This document shows positions 1 through 11,865 of a stretch of 64,000 nt of DNA, in pieces. Position 1 is the stretch's first letter. Each line of letters opens with the position of its first letter. Below the pieces are notes generated by a model. That model did no database searches. It was given only the letters and a program-made list of their open reading frames with translations, and was not told where the DNA came from. A program made the position numbers and the translations under genes. Source of the DNA: Mustelus asterias (taxonomy: Eukaryota); NCBI RefSeq assembly GCF_964213995.1, contig NC_135804.1, positions 59,954,001 through 60,018,000 on the forward strand. The letters are read 5' to 3'.

Positions 1-143
1 TAATTTAAAAGACTCTGGAGCTGTTACCCACTGTACAATTGGATACTGTGCTTCTCTAATTCGATTGCTTGTTTTTATAATTTACTTCTCTCAGTTGTTT
101 TTCTTTATCTGTTACTTCACCGCCTTTGTTACTTTCCTGACAG

Positions 144-449
144 CCGCCGGAGTAACTTGGAACAAAGTGCTTCAGGTCCCTAAATACTTGAAGGTGAGCA
201 GAGGCGCGAATGCTTCCATGTTCTGCACATTTCCCACATTTCAAGATGCGCCCGATGTTCGTTGGTGGAGACGCGGAGAGCAATCCTTTCTCCAACCAGA
301 CAGCAGAAAGCGATTTGATGTGAACAAGGAAAGCAGTTCGCTTGAATTCCTGAATGTGACTTTTGCAGATTCCGGAGTGTATTATTGTAAAGTAAAATAT
401 CCAGAAAAATCTAATGAAACTGGAACTGGCACCCAGCTTACTGTATACG
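144..449 (+). CDS. Ig V-set (VJ-type, germline-joined) exon of a V-C1-TM immune receptor gene; leader exon lies upstream of the window
   Basis: Pyrimidine tract then cag acceptor (141-143) and G|gtagg donor (450), both phase 1. Translation (A)AGVTWNKVLQVPKYLKVSRGANASMFC...VRWW...SSLEFLNVTFADSGVYYC...GTGTQLTVY has the B-strand Cys, C-strand Trp, DxGxYxC and the J-like GxGTxLxV motif. Confidence 0.92.
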
Positions 450-617
450 GTAGGTGTTATTGTAAACGGGAGGATTTCAGCTCAGCGCCACATATGCAAT
501 TTGATCCTTTTTATCACTGGAGGAAAAGCAATTGCGAATTATTTTTACAGAACACTGGATTGTCCTCCATTGACCTCGATGCACAGTGGATATATTAGTT
601 CGAATAAAAGCAAATGA

Positions 618-830
618 TTGCGGATACTGGAATCTGAAGCAAAAACAGAAAGTGCTGGAGAATCTCAGCAGGCCTGATAGCCTCTGTAGATAGAGAACAG
701 AACTAAAGTTTTAAATCTGGGTGACCTGCTCTGACGAACGGTCGTCAAGTCTCGAAAGGTTAGCTCTGTTCTCTCTCCATAGATGAAGACAGAGCTGTTG
801 AGATTTTCCAACAGTTTCTGTTTTTGTTAT
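618..830. mobile_element. Inverted (hairpin) pair of Penelope-like terminal-repeat fragments with a degenerate hammerhead motif
   Basis: aaaaacagaaagtgctggagaatctcagcag is imperfectly mirrored by ctgttgagattttccaacagtttctgttttt. CTGACGA at 731 and GAAA at 754. Similar relics at ~860-1060, ~2635-2720 and ~32250-32370. Confidence 0.6.
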
Positions 831-3472
831 TTTAGATTAGAAATCGTGCAATGGAAAAATGCGAAATAAAAAGACAACATTTTGGAAAAAGTCAGCAGGC
901 CAAGGAGCTTATGTGGGGAGAAAAAACTCTTTCATTGTCGATTATGAAAATCGACCTGAAACGTTAGCACGGTTTCTCTACACAGATGTTCCCTTACCGG
1001 CTAACATTCTCCGCATTTTCAGTTTGAATTTGAAATTTCCTGCCTCTGCAGTGTTTTGTGTTGATGGTTGAATGGGATTTCAGTGTCTGGTTCCTTCATG
1101 TCACAATGACGGTGCCACAACTCAACAATGGAATCAACTTTAACACCTCACAGGACAAACCTTTTACAAATTTTGAATATCAGTTTTTTAATCTGAACAA
1201 GAATGAATATTCGCTGCGTGCTCGGTGACACCCGCAGTTGGAACTGCGAAGTGTAACAAATCAAAACAAGTCCAAAATGGAGTTGATTACAAAGAGAAAG
1301 AAGTTTTCGGTGAAAGTCAGCCCAGTCATTCACGGTATATCATTTTGTTGCAGTTTGCCGTTTCCAAATCGTCTCTGTGCCGAGTTCGTTGAGCTAAATC
1401 AGGAGGCGAAAATCAATTGGTATTCTTACTCCTCACTGCTCCCGTTTTAAGTTGAACAATTTGGTAATATTTACAAGGGACTAGACTGTAGCTAAATTCC
1501 ACCCAAAGGTCAGAAGCGTTGCGTTATTTTGCCAGTCACCTTAAATCGGTCTTCTGGTTATCGACTCTTGTGTCGCTGAAAACACTTTCTCCTTATTGAC
1601 TTTATGAAAACTGATCAGAACTTTCAAAGTCGCTATCCAGCCTCCTCTAAACATTATCACGTTTAAATAGAACAGCCGTAGCTTATTCAGTCTCTGCATA
1701 TAATCCAAGTCCTTTCACCCTGGTAAAGATCCAGCATTCTCAGTGCCTTCACAATAAACTCAGGTGAAAACTCACTAAGCACAGCGACGAATTTTCCTCA
1801 AACCAGATCCTTTTTTCCGCTAACAGCTCGAAATTGCCGATGTAACACTTTCTATACCCCTGTGCCCGAAATTTGTGATGGACAGAGTTTTGCTATGTTT
1901 CAGTATCAACCCTATGTCCGCAGTTTATCCTTGGTACATGGGTCCATTTATATGTTTCACATTCCAAACTTTTCACAAACCGGATTCTACAACCCTGTGA
2001 AAGGAAGGATCTTGCCCTCAATGCTGGATTCCACTCCGGGTTCGGGACTTTGCAGGACAGTAAAGGTGCCCGATCCTTTTGTTTGAACCTCTTGGGTACA
2101 CCACCTGAATTTCCTATGGTATTGTCATAACTGATAAAGCGGAAGCTGGATATCACCGAACATTCATATAAACACCTGGGATCCCTTTTGGTAATTCACG
2201 ATTCCCATGTACACGTCCCATGCCCAGGCGAAAGTTGTGGTCAGAGATCGAGAGAACACTGGCTTATTTTTCCCCAGCAGTTTAAAACAGGCCCATATGA
2301 AAAGAATTGAGAAATTCTGAGGCTTTGCTGGAATAACAGCCAACGTAATATTTACTGTTAATAATGCCTGTAAATTACTAATTTTCTACTACTGCAATGT
2401 CGCAAAAGTAGACTCACAAGTAAAATATGTTAAACAGATTGATTATAATAAATAAATCTATGTAAACCTAACAAGGCACTTTACAAGGTGATTGTGGATA
2501 GAGTGGGCAGACTGATAGAGCGTTTCGCATCAGAAAATGGTAAATTTGGACTGCTCGAAGGAAAATCTTCTCCAGACAAAATGCGTTCAGCTGACCGAAT
2601 GACGCGACAGCAAACACCTGGAATTAACGGCTCAAAAAGCAAAATACTGCGGATGCTGGAAATCTGAAATGAAAACTTCATGAGACCGGCTGTGTTTACC
2701 CAGCAGTTTTTGTTTTCATCCCTGGAATTAACCCCTGGGTTATTTTTCCTATTCGGTTTCAGTCATCCGTATGGGTATTATGATCTATATAGATACATAT
2801 AATTATCAAAATAAAATCTTTCCTGGTTTACAAAATACTCTAACCTTCATTCCCTCCTCGAGAAAGATCCTTTCATGAATGATGCAAGAATTGAAACCTT
2901 CAGCATAGACACTGAAATGTTATATAATCAACAGTATCTTGTCAGGAGTCGATTTAGATATCGGAGATATTTTGATTTCACACACATTTTGATTTTACAC
3001 ATTAACCGAAAAAATCTGTTTTGAAACTAACTAAATATTCGAAGCGGGCCATTTTTTCAAATCATCACACTTTAGAACGTCAATGATTCTTGCAGGAAAA
3101 AAAACCTGAGTAGAACCCAATGTTCGTGCAGACTGGTTGGTGCTCCCTTTCTGATATATTCAGGCCGAAATCTCACTCGAGGTCACTGCTGCCACACACA
3201 ATTCCGCGCCAGGATCTGCTGATTTATTTCCGAAATGTGATACTTTCTTCGCTGGTTGTTATCAAGTCTGAGAGATTGGTCATCTTTGTGTATCGCTTGC
3301 TAAACATCCGGCATTTTTGCTGAGCATCGGATAACATTGTATGCAATAAATGCACGTCAGAAGTTTCAAAAGCACGATAACTGTTATCACCGTACGAGTG
3401 TAAGAGCGTATCGAGGTTAAGCCACTGAGAATATTCTCCTTTTAATTCAATTCTTTTTCACCCTGTTAAAAG

Positions 3473-3769
3473 TTCCCCCAGCACCACTGAAAATCGTTCC
3501 GTTTGAAGAGAATTCAGCGACTTCTCGAAGATTCGAGTGCAAAACGGCTGCATTTTACCCGGAGGATTTACAAATCTCCTGGCAAAGAGATGGTGTGGAA
3601 ATTCTGGCCGGAATAGAAACTGTGAGAAACGAGACAGTGGATGGTCTTTTTGAGGCCTGCAGTTCTTTGGAAGAAGCGCAGCCTCTCCAGAACGGAGTCG
3701 TTTATACATGCCTGGCATCTCATATCTCCCTTCAGGTGCCCGCCAGCGTCAGCTACACCGTCATGCAAG
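3473..3769 (+). CDS. Ig C1-set exon of the same receptor
   Basis: Acceptor ag at 3471-3472 and donor G|gtaagg at 3770, phase 1/1. Translation VPPAPLKIVP...FECKTAAFYPEDLQISWQRDG...DGLFEACSSL...YTCLASHISL shows the CxxxxFYP, W, DGxF/Y and YxCxxxH C1 signatures. Confidence 0.92.
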
Positions 3770-5031
3770 GTAAGGTTGGAAACATTTACTGCAGCGAGTG
3801 GGGGGAAATGCTCCAAACTGTAGTTATTTATTAGATAGGAAGGGGCAATTGTTTAAACTTGAATATACGGGGTGAATGTGGACTTAATCGCGATGTCACA
3901 TCAATGAAAATGAATTAAAATAATCAAGATGGTCGTTGGAGAAGGGAGAATATGTCCCTGAAAAGATCTGAAACGGGAAGTTGATGTGCGAACAGTTCGA
4001 AAGTGAAAGCTTATTTCTCACCAAATTCTTGCCAAATGAACTGAACTTACAAATGAAATGGATCGGCTTTAGTATAGTCATTTTTAATTGGGACCGTTCC
4101 TGTGTGCAACTTTAGCCAACATTGTTTGAGGGCATTTCCTTCACAATCCAGATACTTTTGACCATTATTAACCTATTTCTCTTTTTATCCAAACATTAAA
4201 CTTCGGAAACACCTTCTTTCGTGGTTTTACTTCATTCACTGAATTCCCTCGTTCTTCAAATTTTTGGAAATGCTGAAGCACGAAGAATTGTGTCTAATGC
4301 TCCTCTGGTGACAATTTTGGACCTTTTACTCCAATAAACAATTGTTCATTACACTGTGGGTGGAAATTTTATCAATAAGGGAATAACAGTGCAAGTACAG
4401 AGCATTTGGTACATGGTGCCTGTATTGGTAACAGCGTGTCTGCCATGCCAGGAGCCGACCCAACCTACCAGGGCGAATATCAGAAAACCTAAACTATGTG
4501 TCGTCCTGATTAAGTTAGCCGATCACAGACTGATCACCAGCGAGCTTTATTTTCATTGATGAGGACGGTGTTGGGTGCCCAACTTGTAGTGTCCCACGTT
4601 ATTATTATAGAGGTGCACTTTTGTGATTTTTCTACCCAGCCAAAAATATGTTGGATTTGTTTTTGAATTGTTTATTGGCATTGCTCATAAACGAGCGGAG
4701 AGAACGGAGCAAACACATTCTGACTGAAAATGGACATCATTGTCCTCTGAGATTTGAAGAAAAGTCAATCGCCAAAAGAATGGCGCTGGCACCGAGCAAC
4801 AGGCTCTCTCGCAAGGTGGAATATACTATGTTAACACGTTCACTTGATTCTCAGTTTGGGGATTGTATTTTGAGGTTATTATCGTACGTTAATTGAATTT
4901 AATATCGGGTCCCAAGTTTAGAGTAGCAATTTTATGGATCCCTTTCATTTATAGAAGCCAGTGCTATTTGCTTCCATTCGACAATGCTGATATAAACAAT
5001 TAAATGTGTATATTTTAATATTGCATTGTAG

Positions 5032-5135
5032 AGTACAGTTTCCGCAATGTGATGATTTCACGGTATGTTCTCGGTTTTTTGATAATTCTTGGACTGCTGG
5101 GCATAATTGTGAACCATGCTACAGATTTCAATTGA
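5032..5135 (+). CDS. Transmembrane exon with Arg in the TM segment and a very short tail ending in TGA
   Basis: tag acceptor at 5029-5031, phase 1. Reads EYSFRNVMISRYVLGFLIILGLLGIIVNHATDFN*. TGA at 5133-5135 is followed by a strong AG|gtaaga donor at 5138. Confidence 0.78.
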
Positions 5136-6075
5136 AGGTAAGAGAACGCCATCTTAATTCCGTAAACCACGTTGAAAGTATATACAGAGTTAACATTGGT
5201 GGGTTCGAAATGGGCAAGTCAAGTAATAAATTCCGAACGTCAATTTTTAGTTTTGGCTTAGTTTTAGCTGCTTTTATTAAAAAAGGGTTTGGTTTCAACC
5301 TCTCACTTGAGAAAAATGAGCACAACATATTTCAGAGCAGCACTACTGGAAGTTTGGTCTTCTTTTAATCGTTTAAATAGGGTATCCTCTGCTCTGTCCG
5401 GTCGCCCCAGTGACCTCATGGGACATTTTCGTAACTCCTGATCAGTATTTAGCCTTTAACCTTCTTCACTGAAACCGATGCCCCGAATAACGATCTGGAG
5501 AAGAATGTAATGTTGATTTCCATCCAGCTCGCTCTGAAAACACAGGTAGTTTCATCTTTTCCAGAGGACATCCAAACAAACATCTTCTAATGTGTTTATC
5601 TCCGTGCGATGCCCAAGCGTTGCATACGTCTTTATTAAGAGTCAAAGGGTAATTATTTACGTATGCAAGCTATGGCTGGATACCAAAGCCTTTTGGCTAA
5701 CATTAAGGCGTCGCATCAAGCCCGTGATTGGGTGTAATGCCTTATCTTGTCAGTTTGGACTTTCGTTGTCTCTCTTGTGGGAACCATGAATTGGAAACAA
5801 TTGAAATTTGAATTTCGTTTTTGGAGCAAGAAAAGAAAGAATTCTGGTTTTCCGGGTCCACTCTGCGCATTGGTTTCTAACTTCATGGAGTAAATAATTA
5901 AAAAATAATCCGCTGCATACCAAGTGAGTGCAGACAATTTGAATATGTCAACTCAGATATTTCACCGAGAGCTGTATTTGTATTTAAATGTTATTCTATA
6001 TCTAATGAGTGAAACCCCGTCTTAGGTAATCAGGAGTTCACATTTATCTTTTCTATAAAAGAGATGTAACACATA

Positions 6076-6124
6076 ATCACACACAACACACACACACAGA
6101 CAGACACACACACACACACACACA
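6076..6124. repeat. (CA)n microsatellite
   Basis: Imperfect CA dinucleotide run seen directly. Confidence 0.9.
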
Positions 6125-6518
6125 TGAATGAAACAGTATCGCCAAAAGAAACTGAAAGCATAAACGCAAGTTTAGGAAGCTGATGGTTTTGTAATATTGG
6201 AAATAGTTACATATTTTTCTGAATTAAGCTTGCCTAGGCCCTGGTTGTATTTATGGTATGGATATGTTAATAATTATCATTGAATCCCAATGAGGGGATA
6301 TCTTTGGAGACAGTTCCTTTAAGTTTGATATTGATCCAGTTGAATGCGCATCCGTGAATCTGGAAATATAAATGCCGTGCTGAATGTACTTGCGGATCTC
6401 TGGATATTGACGCTGACGGGATGAAATGGGAACTGTGTGTGGATATAAAGTAGAAAAGAGTAACTAAAATAAAGTGCATTGTTTCGAAATACTTTTCACT
6501 TTTGTTTTTAATGATCAG

Positions 6519-6950
6519 GTAAAGATCGGCTGATAATTTCCGCCTCTGTTCATAATTGCACAAGAGCAGTACCTTGCCCTTTGGGAATGAAGAACACGTG
6601 TTCAGATACAAGTGGGAGAAGAAATACACGAAATAAGAAAGAAGATGAAGAAGCCACAATCAAGACGGATGAGGGGCGAGTGCAGCATTCGCTTATAGTC
6701 ATTTTAATTTGCATTTCACTACACTATCTTTCTGTAAGATTAGAATATGAAAATACAATTGTAGTTGGCCCTGTGGATAAAATCAGTTTAGTGCATTCCA
6801 TGCAATGCAGCAACAGCAATGGCCTTGTTTGAATGCTCATGTTTTTGTATTTTTCGGTGGGATGGGGGGTGGGGGGGGCACATATCTTGATGTATGAATC
6901 TCGTTAATGGAAATTATTGTTTTCAATAAACTTAATTTTTAATACAAATA
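6519..6950 (+). other. Candidate terminal exon (3' UTR or former cytoplasmic exon) of the V-C1-TM gene
   Basis: T-rich tract plus cag acceptor (6516-6518). One frame is open to 6832 (KDRLII...KKEDEEATIKTDEGRVQHSLIVI...LHYLSV..EYENT). AATAAA at 6925-6930. Confidence 0.4.
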
Positions 6951-8589
6951 TGCATCACAATACTTCCAGTAAGTAAAACTTTCATATGTCTTTTTATCGA
7001 AGCCATTGGAAATGTTTGCGAGAAACCGTCCTGTTCATGGAATTTAAATCTGAGATATATTGCGGGACTATCAACAACAGTCCATGTTGGTTGTATTTCT
7101 GTCTCTGTCAACATTCGGGAGGTGAAAACTGTCGCGGTTCAAGAAGGCAGCACAACACCACCTTGTCAGGGGTAATTAAGGATGGGCAATAAATGCTGGC
7201 CTAGACAGCGACGCCAAGCCCATGAAGGAATTTTTAAAAAGGAAGCATTGCTTTCAAAAGATGAAGCCACTTTCGTCCCAGATCACCACAGACAGCTTTC
7301 CTTTTTGAGGCGGGGGGGAGGGGGAGGGGGAGGTGGGGGGAGCTAACTGGTGGTGCTTTAACCTGAGGAACGTCGCGTCTCATGCGAAGGGCAAGACTCA
7401 GGAGCCGGACCTTCATAAAAACCTCAGCCGGTATGAGAACTGAACCTGTGCGTTTGGTATCAGGAACTAGCCATCCTGCGACCTGAGCTAACCATCTCCA
7501 AGCATTAGCCATTTTCTCCTGGGCGTTCAACTGACTGCAAAATATCTCGCCCTTATTTCAACTATCAACAAGACGATCTTGCGGTTTGCTGGTCCCAATC
7601 AGACAGACCTTAAAGTCAAGTAAACAATCGAGACATGTTTCAGCATAAATTTCTGTTGTTACGACCTTCTGCCCTAATTTAGTATTTGGTTGCCAAGTTA
7701 TGAACTTCACTTCAAATTTGGACACTTTTAATGTGGAATGCGATCGGACGAACCGTGGACGTGATTTTGGCACCACATCAATGCAATTCCGTCAATTTAC
7801 TTTACCATTGTAAGCGCATAGTCGGGCAAACTTTCACATAAAACAATCTATTCAGTTAGACACATCTGCACAATCAAATATCAAATTTTAAGTTGAGAAG
7901 TTTTCCATATTAGTTACAATTGAATATGAAGTATTTCAATTAATTTTAAGAGCATATAATCGTTGACACATGAGCCTTGAATCAATCAGTGAGAGATCGG
8001 TATTCATGACCATAGCACCCAAGAGGAAATGATCTCACCGGATCGCTAACAGATACCACCGAGTCAAACGCGTTGTTTCCCGTACTGAAACTGCAAACTG
8101 GCTTAGTTTTGACATAAACGTTATTGTTAAACTAGACCTAAGAATAACTGTAATTCGCATCAGGAAAAGCAACAACGGTATTCAATTGTCCTATTTCCTC
8201 GAAGTGGCTTTCTCTCATGTGGAAGATTTCACGATTTCTGCAGCCCTGCCATGCCAATTGACATGTATAACATGCAAGCGTTTGCATGTGTGTTTTGTGT
8301 GCCTGTGCGCATGTCGGGGTGATATCCAACAGGATGCACTTCGTCCTTGCATGATACGTGCAGGTGGAAGTCACCGGCGAGTGAACAGCTAATAAACCCG
8401 CCTGGTCGACCACCCATTTAGGAAAGCAAGTCCGCCATCCTTACACAGTCCGTTCTACATGTGATTTCAACCCCACGACAATGTGGGTGACTCGTAACTG
8501 CTCTCTGAAATGCTTTGCAAGCTGCAAATAGTTGCAGAAAAGGCGAGAATTAAAAATAGGCATACCTTGCCCAGTGGAAACTGCCAAGT

Positions 8590-10700
8590 CTTCTTCATTA
8601 ACATCTATGGATATACACCAAAATTGGCAGAGGTAAAATAAGCTGATGCGTTCAAACATGTCTCCTGTTCCACCAGAGGCCCAAACATCCTGAACTACTG
8701 CTACACAAATATCAAACATGCCTTCCGCTCTATTAATCACCCATACTTTGGCAAATCAGACCACAAGGCTGTGCTCCAGCTCCCGGCTTACAAGCAAAAG
8801 CTGAAGCGGGAGAATCCATCAAAGAAAGTCTTGCAATGTTGGTCTGAGGAATCGGATGATCGTCTACGGGGCTGCTTGGAGTCAGTGGACTGGTCACTAT
8901 TTAGAAATTCTGCGACCAGCCTGAACGAGTACGCCACTAAAGTAACTGACTTCATTAGGAAGTGTGCAGAAGACTGGGTGCCAAAGAGGCAAATCCGTGT
9001 GTTCCCCAACAGGAAACCATGGGTGAACAGGGATATCCACTGCTTGCTGAATTCCAGGTCCGAGGTGTTCAAGTCAGACAACACTGACCTATACAAGATG
9101 CATGTGGATTCTACATTGTATTCTACAAAAATGCATGTGTCTTTATATGCCCTGTTTGTGAACAGAACTCCCACTTACCTGACGAAGGAGCAGCGCTCCG
9201 AAAGCTAGTGGCTTTTGCTACCAAATAAACCTGTTGGACTTCAACTTGGTGTTGTGAGACTTCTTACTGTCTGTCCAAGAAAGCCAGATACGATCTAAGG
9301 AGATCAATCAAAGATGCCAAAAGACAGTACCGAACCAAACTTGAGTCCCAGGCGAGCAAACACCGACCCCCGCAGACTATGGCAAAAACTGCAAGACGTA
9401 ACGGGCTACAAGATGAAGGCATGTAAAATCGGCAGCTCCAACGCACCTTCCCTGATGAGCTCAATGCATTCTATGCCGCTTTTGAGCAAGAGCTCAGCGA
9501 GAGTATGCCCTCCACCCTGGAAGCCCTGGATGAACCTGTATCTGTGGTCACCATTGCAGATGTCAGAGCAGCTTTCTCGAAGGTAAACCCATGGAAAGTG
9601 ACTGGCCCGGATGGGGTGCCAGGACGAGCACTCACGTCCTGTGCAGATCAGCTGGTGGGAGTATTCGCAGACATCTTCAACCTCTCTTTACAACAATCTG
9701 AAGGCCATATCTGCTTCAAGAAGACAACCATCATCCCGGTACCTAAGAAAAACCAAGCAGCGTGTCTTAATGACTATCGGCAGGTGGCTCTGACATCCAT
9801 CATTATGAAGTGCTTCCAAAAGCTAGTCATGGCACGAATCAATTCCAGCCTCCCGGCCTACGTGGGCCCACTACAGTTTGCCTATTACTGCAACAGATCC
9901 ACAGCAGACGCTATCTCCCTGGTCCTGCACTCAACCCTGGAACCCCAGCTAGATAACAAGGACACTTATGTCAGCCTCCTATTTATTGACTACCATTCAG
10001 CCTTCAACACCATTATTCACACAAAACGCATCTCCAATTCCCTAGCCTGGGCCTCAGCACCTCCCTCTGCAACTGGATCCTGGACTTCCTAACTCACAGA
10101 CCACAATCAGTAAGGATAGGCAACAACACCTCCTCCACGATCATCCTCAACACCAGTTCCCCAGAAGGCTGTGTTCTCAGCCCCCTACTATATTCCTTAT
10201 ACACCAATGGCTGTGTGGCCAAATTCCCCTCCAATTCGATTTTCAAGTTTGCTGACGACACCTGCGTAGTGGGTCAGATCTCGAACAATGACGAGACAGA
10301 GTACAGGAATGAGATAGAGAATTTGCTGACCTGGTGCGCAACAATAATATCTCCCTCAATGTCAACAAAGCAAAGGTGTTTGTCATCGACTTCTGGAAGT
10401 GTAAAGGAGAACATGCTCTTGTCTACATCAACGGGGATGAAGTAGAAAGGGTCGAGAGCTTCAAGTTTTTAGGTGTCCAGATCACCACCAACCTGTCCTG
10501 ATCCCCCCATGCCGACACTATAGTGAAGTCCACCAACATCCCTACTCTCTCAAAAGACTAAGGAAATTTGGCATGGCAGCTGCGACTCTCACCAACGTTT
10601 CCAGATGCACCCCCATAGAAAACATTTTTTCTGATTGTATCACAGCTTGTTACCACTCCTGCTCTGCCCAAGACCGCATGGAACTACAAAAGTCGTGACT
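8590..10700 (+). mobile_element. Rex1/Babar-type LINE, degraded ORF2 (endonuclease end plus RT)
   Basis: PAYKQKLKR...FPNRKPW, GPDGVPGR...FKKTTIIPVPKK...CLNDYRQVALTSIIMKCF, LQFAY, FKFADDT. Several frameshifts. Interrupted at ~9099-9275. Confidence 0.88.
9099..9275 (+). mobile_element. Penelope-like terminal-repeat fragment with an intact hammerhead core, inserted in the Rex1 LINE
   Basis: CTGACGA-A-GGAGC-AGC-GCTCC-GAAA-GCTA-GTGG at 9179-9211, followed by aataaacctgttggact. A caaga duplication flanks the insert and the LINE frame (YK|KARYDL) resumes after it. Confidence 0.8.
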
Positions 10701-11019
10701 GTTCCTGAACAGAGCATCAAAATGGTCCTGAAATTGTTCAATTGATTTTTCTTTTGCTGCACTCTTCTAACTGCTACGAATTTAAATCGTAAAAAACAGG
10801 CGAGGTAAATGCCCTTAGCAGGGATGGTGGGTAGAATTGAACATCTGGACGTTCACTGCCAGAAAAGATTGTTGAATTGCAGTGCGCTTTATATGGAGTG
10901 ATATGTAGAGCCCAAAGATTTACTTCTGTGGTGCAATATTTTGAATGTCTACAATGTTTGTTGATACCACATTCTTAGTATTCTATTATTCATTACCCAA
11001 GAAGGGAAGTAGGGGGAAA

Positions 11020-11865
11020 AAACAAGTACCTACAGGCCTGTGAGTCGAAACTCAGTGGTGGGGAAATTTTTAGAAAAAATTCTGAGGGGCAGAATTAATC
11101 TGCATTTCGTGAGACAAGGATTAATCACGAGTAGTCAGCGTGGTTTTGTCAAACAAGTTTGATTGAATTTTTCGAGGAGGTGATTGCGTGTGCAGATTAG
11201 TGCAGTGCAGTTCATGTACTCTGCATGGACTTCCATAAGGATTCTGACAAGGTCAGATGGGAAACTGATCAAGAAGATTAGAATCGATAGGATCCACGGC
11301 AATTTGGCTAATTGAATGTAAAATTAACTTAGTGGCAGGAGGCAGAGTGTTATGGTCGAAATTTGTTTTATGACTGGGTGCCAGTGCCCAGTAGTGTGCC
11401 CAAGGATCTGTGCGGTCACCTGCTGTTTGCATTGGACATTAATGATCCAAACGTGAATGTGGAAGCTGTGTTCAGGAAGTTTGCAAATGGCACGAAAAGT
11501 TGTGGCGTGGTATACAGGAGGAAAGCTTCGAATATGGAGTGATAGAGTTGGTATGGTCAGATGACCCCTTAATTGAGGGGCCAAGAACAAGGTGCATATA
11601 TTGAAGATAAGGAGCAGGAGATTTAGAGGTGATTTGAGGAAACCCTTTTTCACACAGAATGTGGTGGGAATCTGGAACTCATTGCCTGAAAGGATGGTAG
11701 AGGTGGGAACTCCTACAGCACTGAAGAAATCTTTAGCTGAGCACTTCAAACGCCACATACCTCCAACATTCACGTCTGGATCAATAATGTACACTGCAAA
11801 CAGCAAGCGTCCCAACACCAATCCTTGGGCCAAGTGCTGAAAAATGAGATTAGAATATAGGTATG
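11020..11865 (+). mobile_element. Highly degraded CR1 LINE fragment with an internal inverted segment
   Basis: Relics of LIEFFEEV, FTQNVVGIWNSLP. 11755-11832 is the approximate reverse complement of 11398-11470. Confidence 0.7.

Noticed and set aside
65-598. 177-aa single ORF as a complete protein
   Set aside because: It starts at a TTG in the polypyrimidine tract and reads through the splice donor. Only 144-449 looks like the exon.
582-620. CACAGTG heptamer downstream of the V exon as a possible RSS
   Set aside because: No nonamer-like sequence at 12- or 23-bp spacing, it lies about 130 bp into the intron, and the V already contains its J motif.
5381-5430. Small exon candidate after the TM exon
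   Set aside because: Weak donor (gtaact), no recognisable motif, and it lies behind the stop codon.
7084-7125. MLVVFLSLSTFG as a leader exon
   Set aside because: Too short, the donor is in phase 2, and no downstream Ig exon was found.
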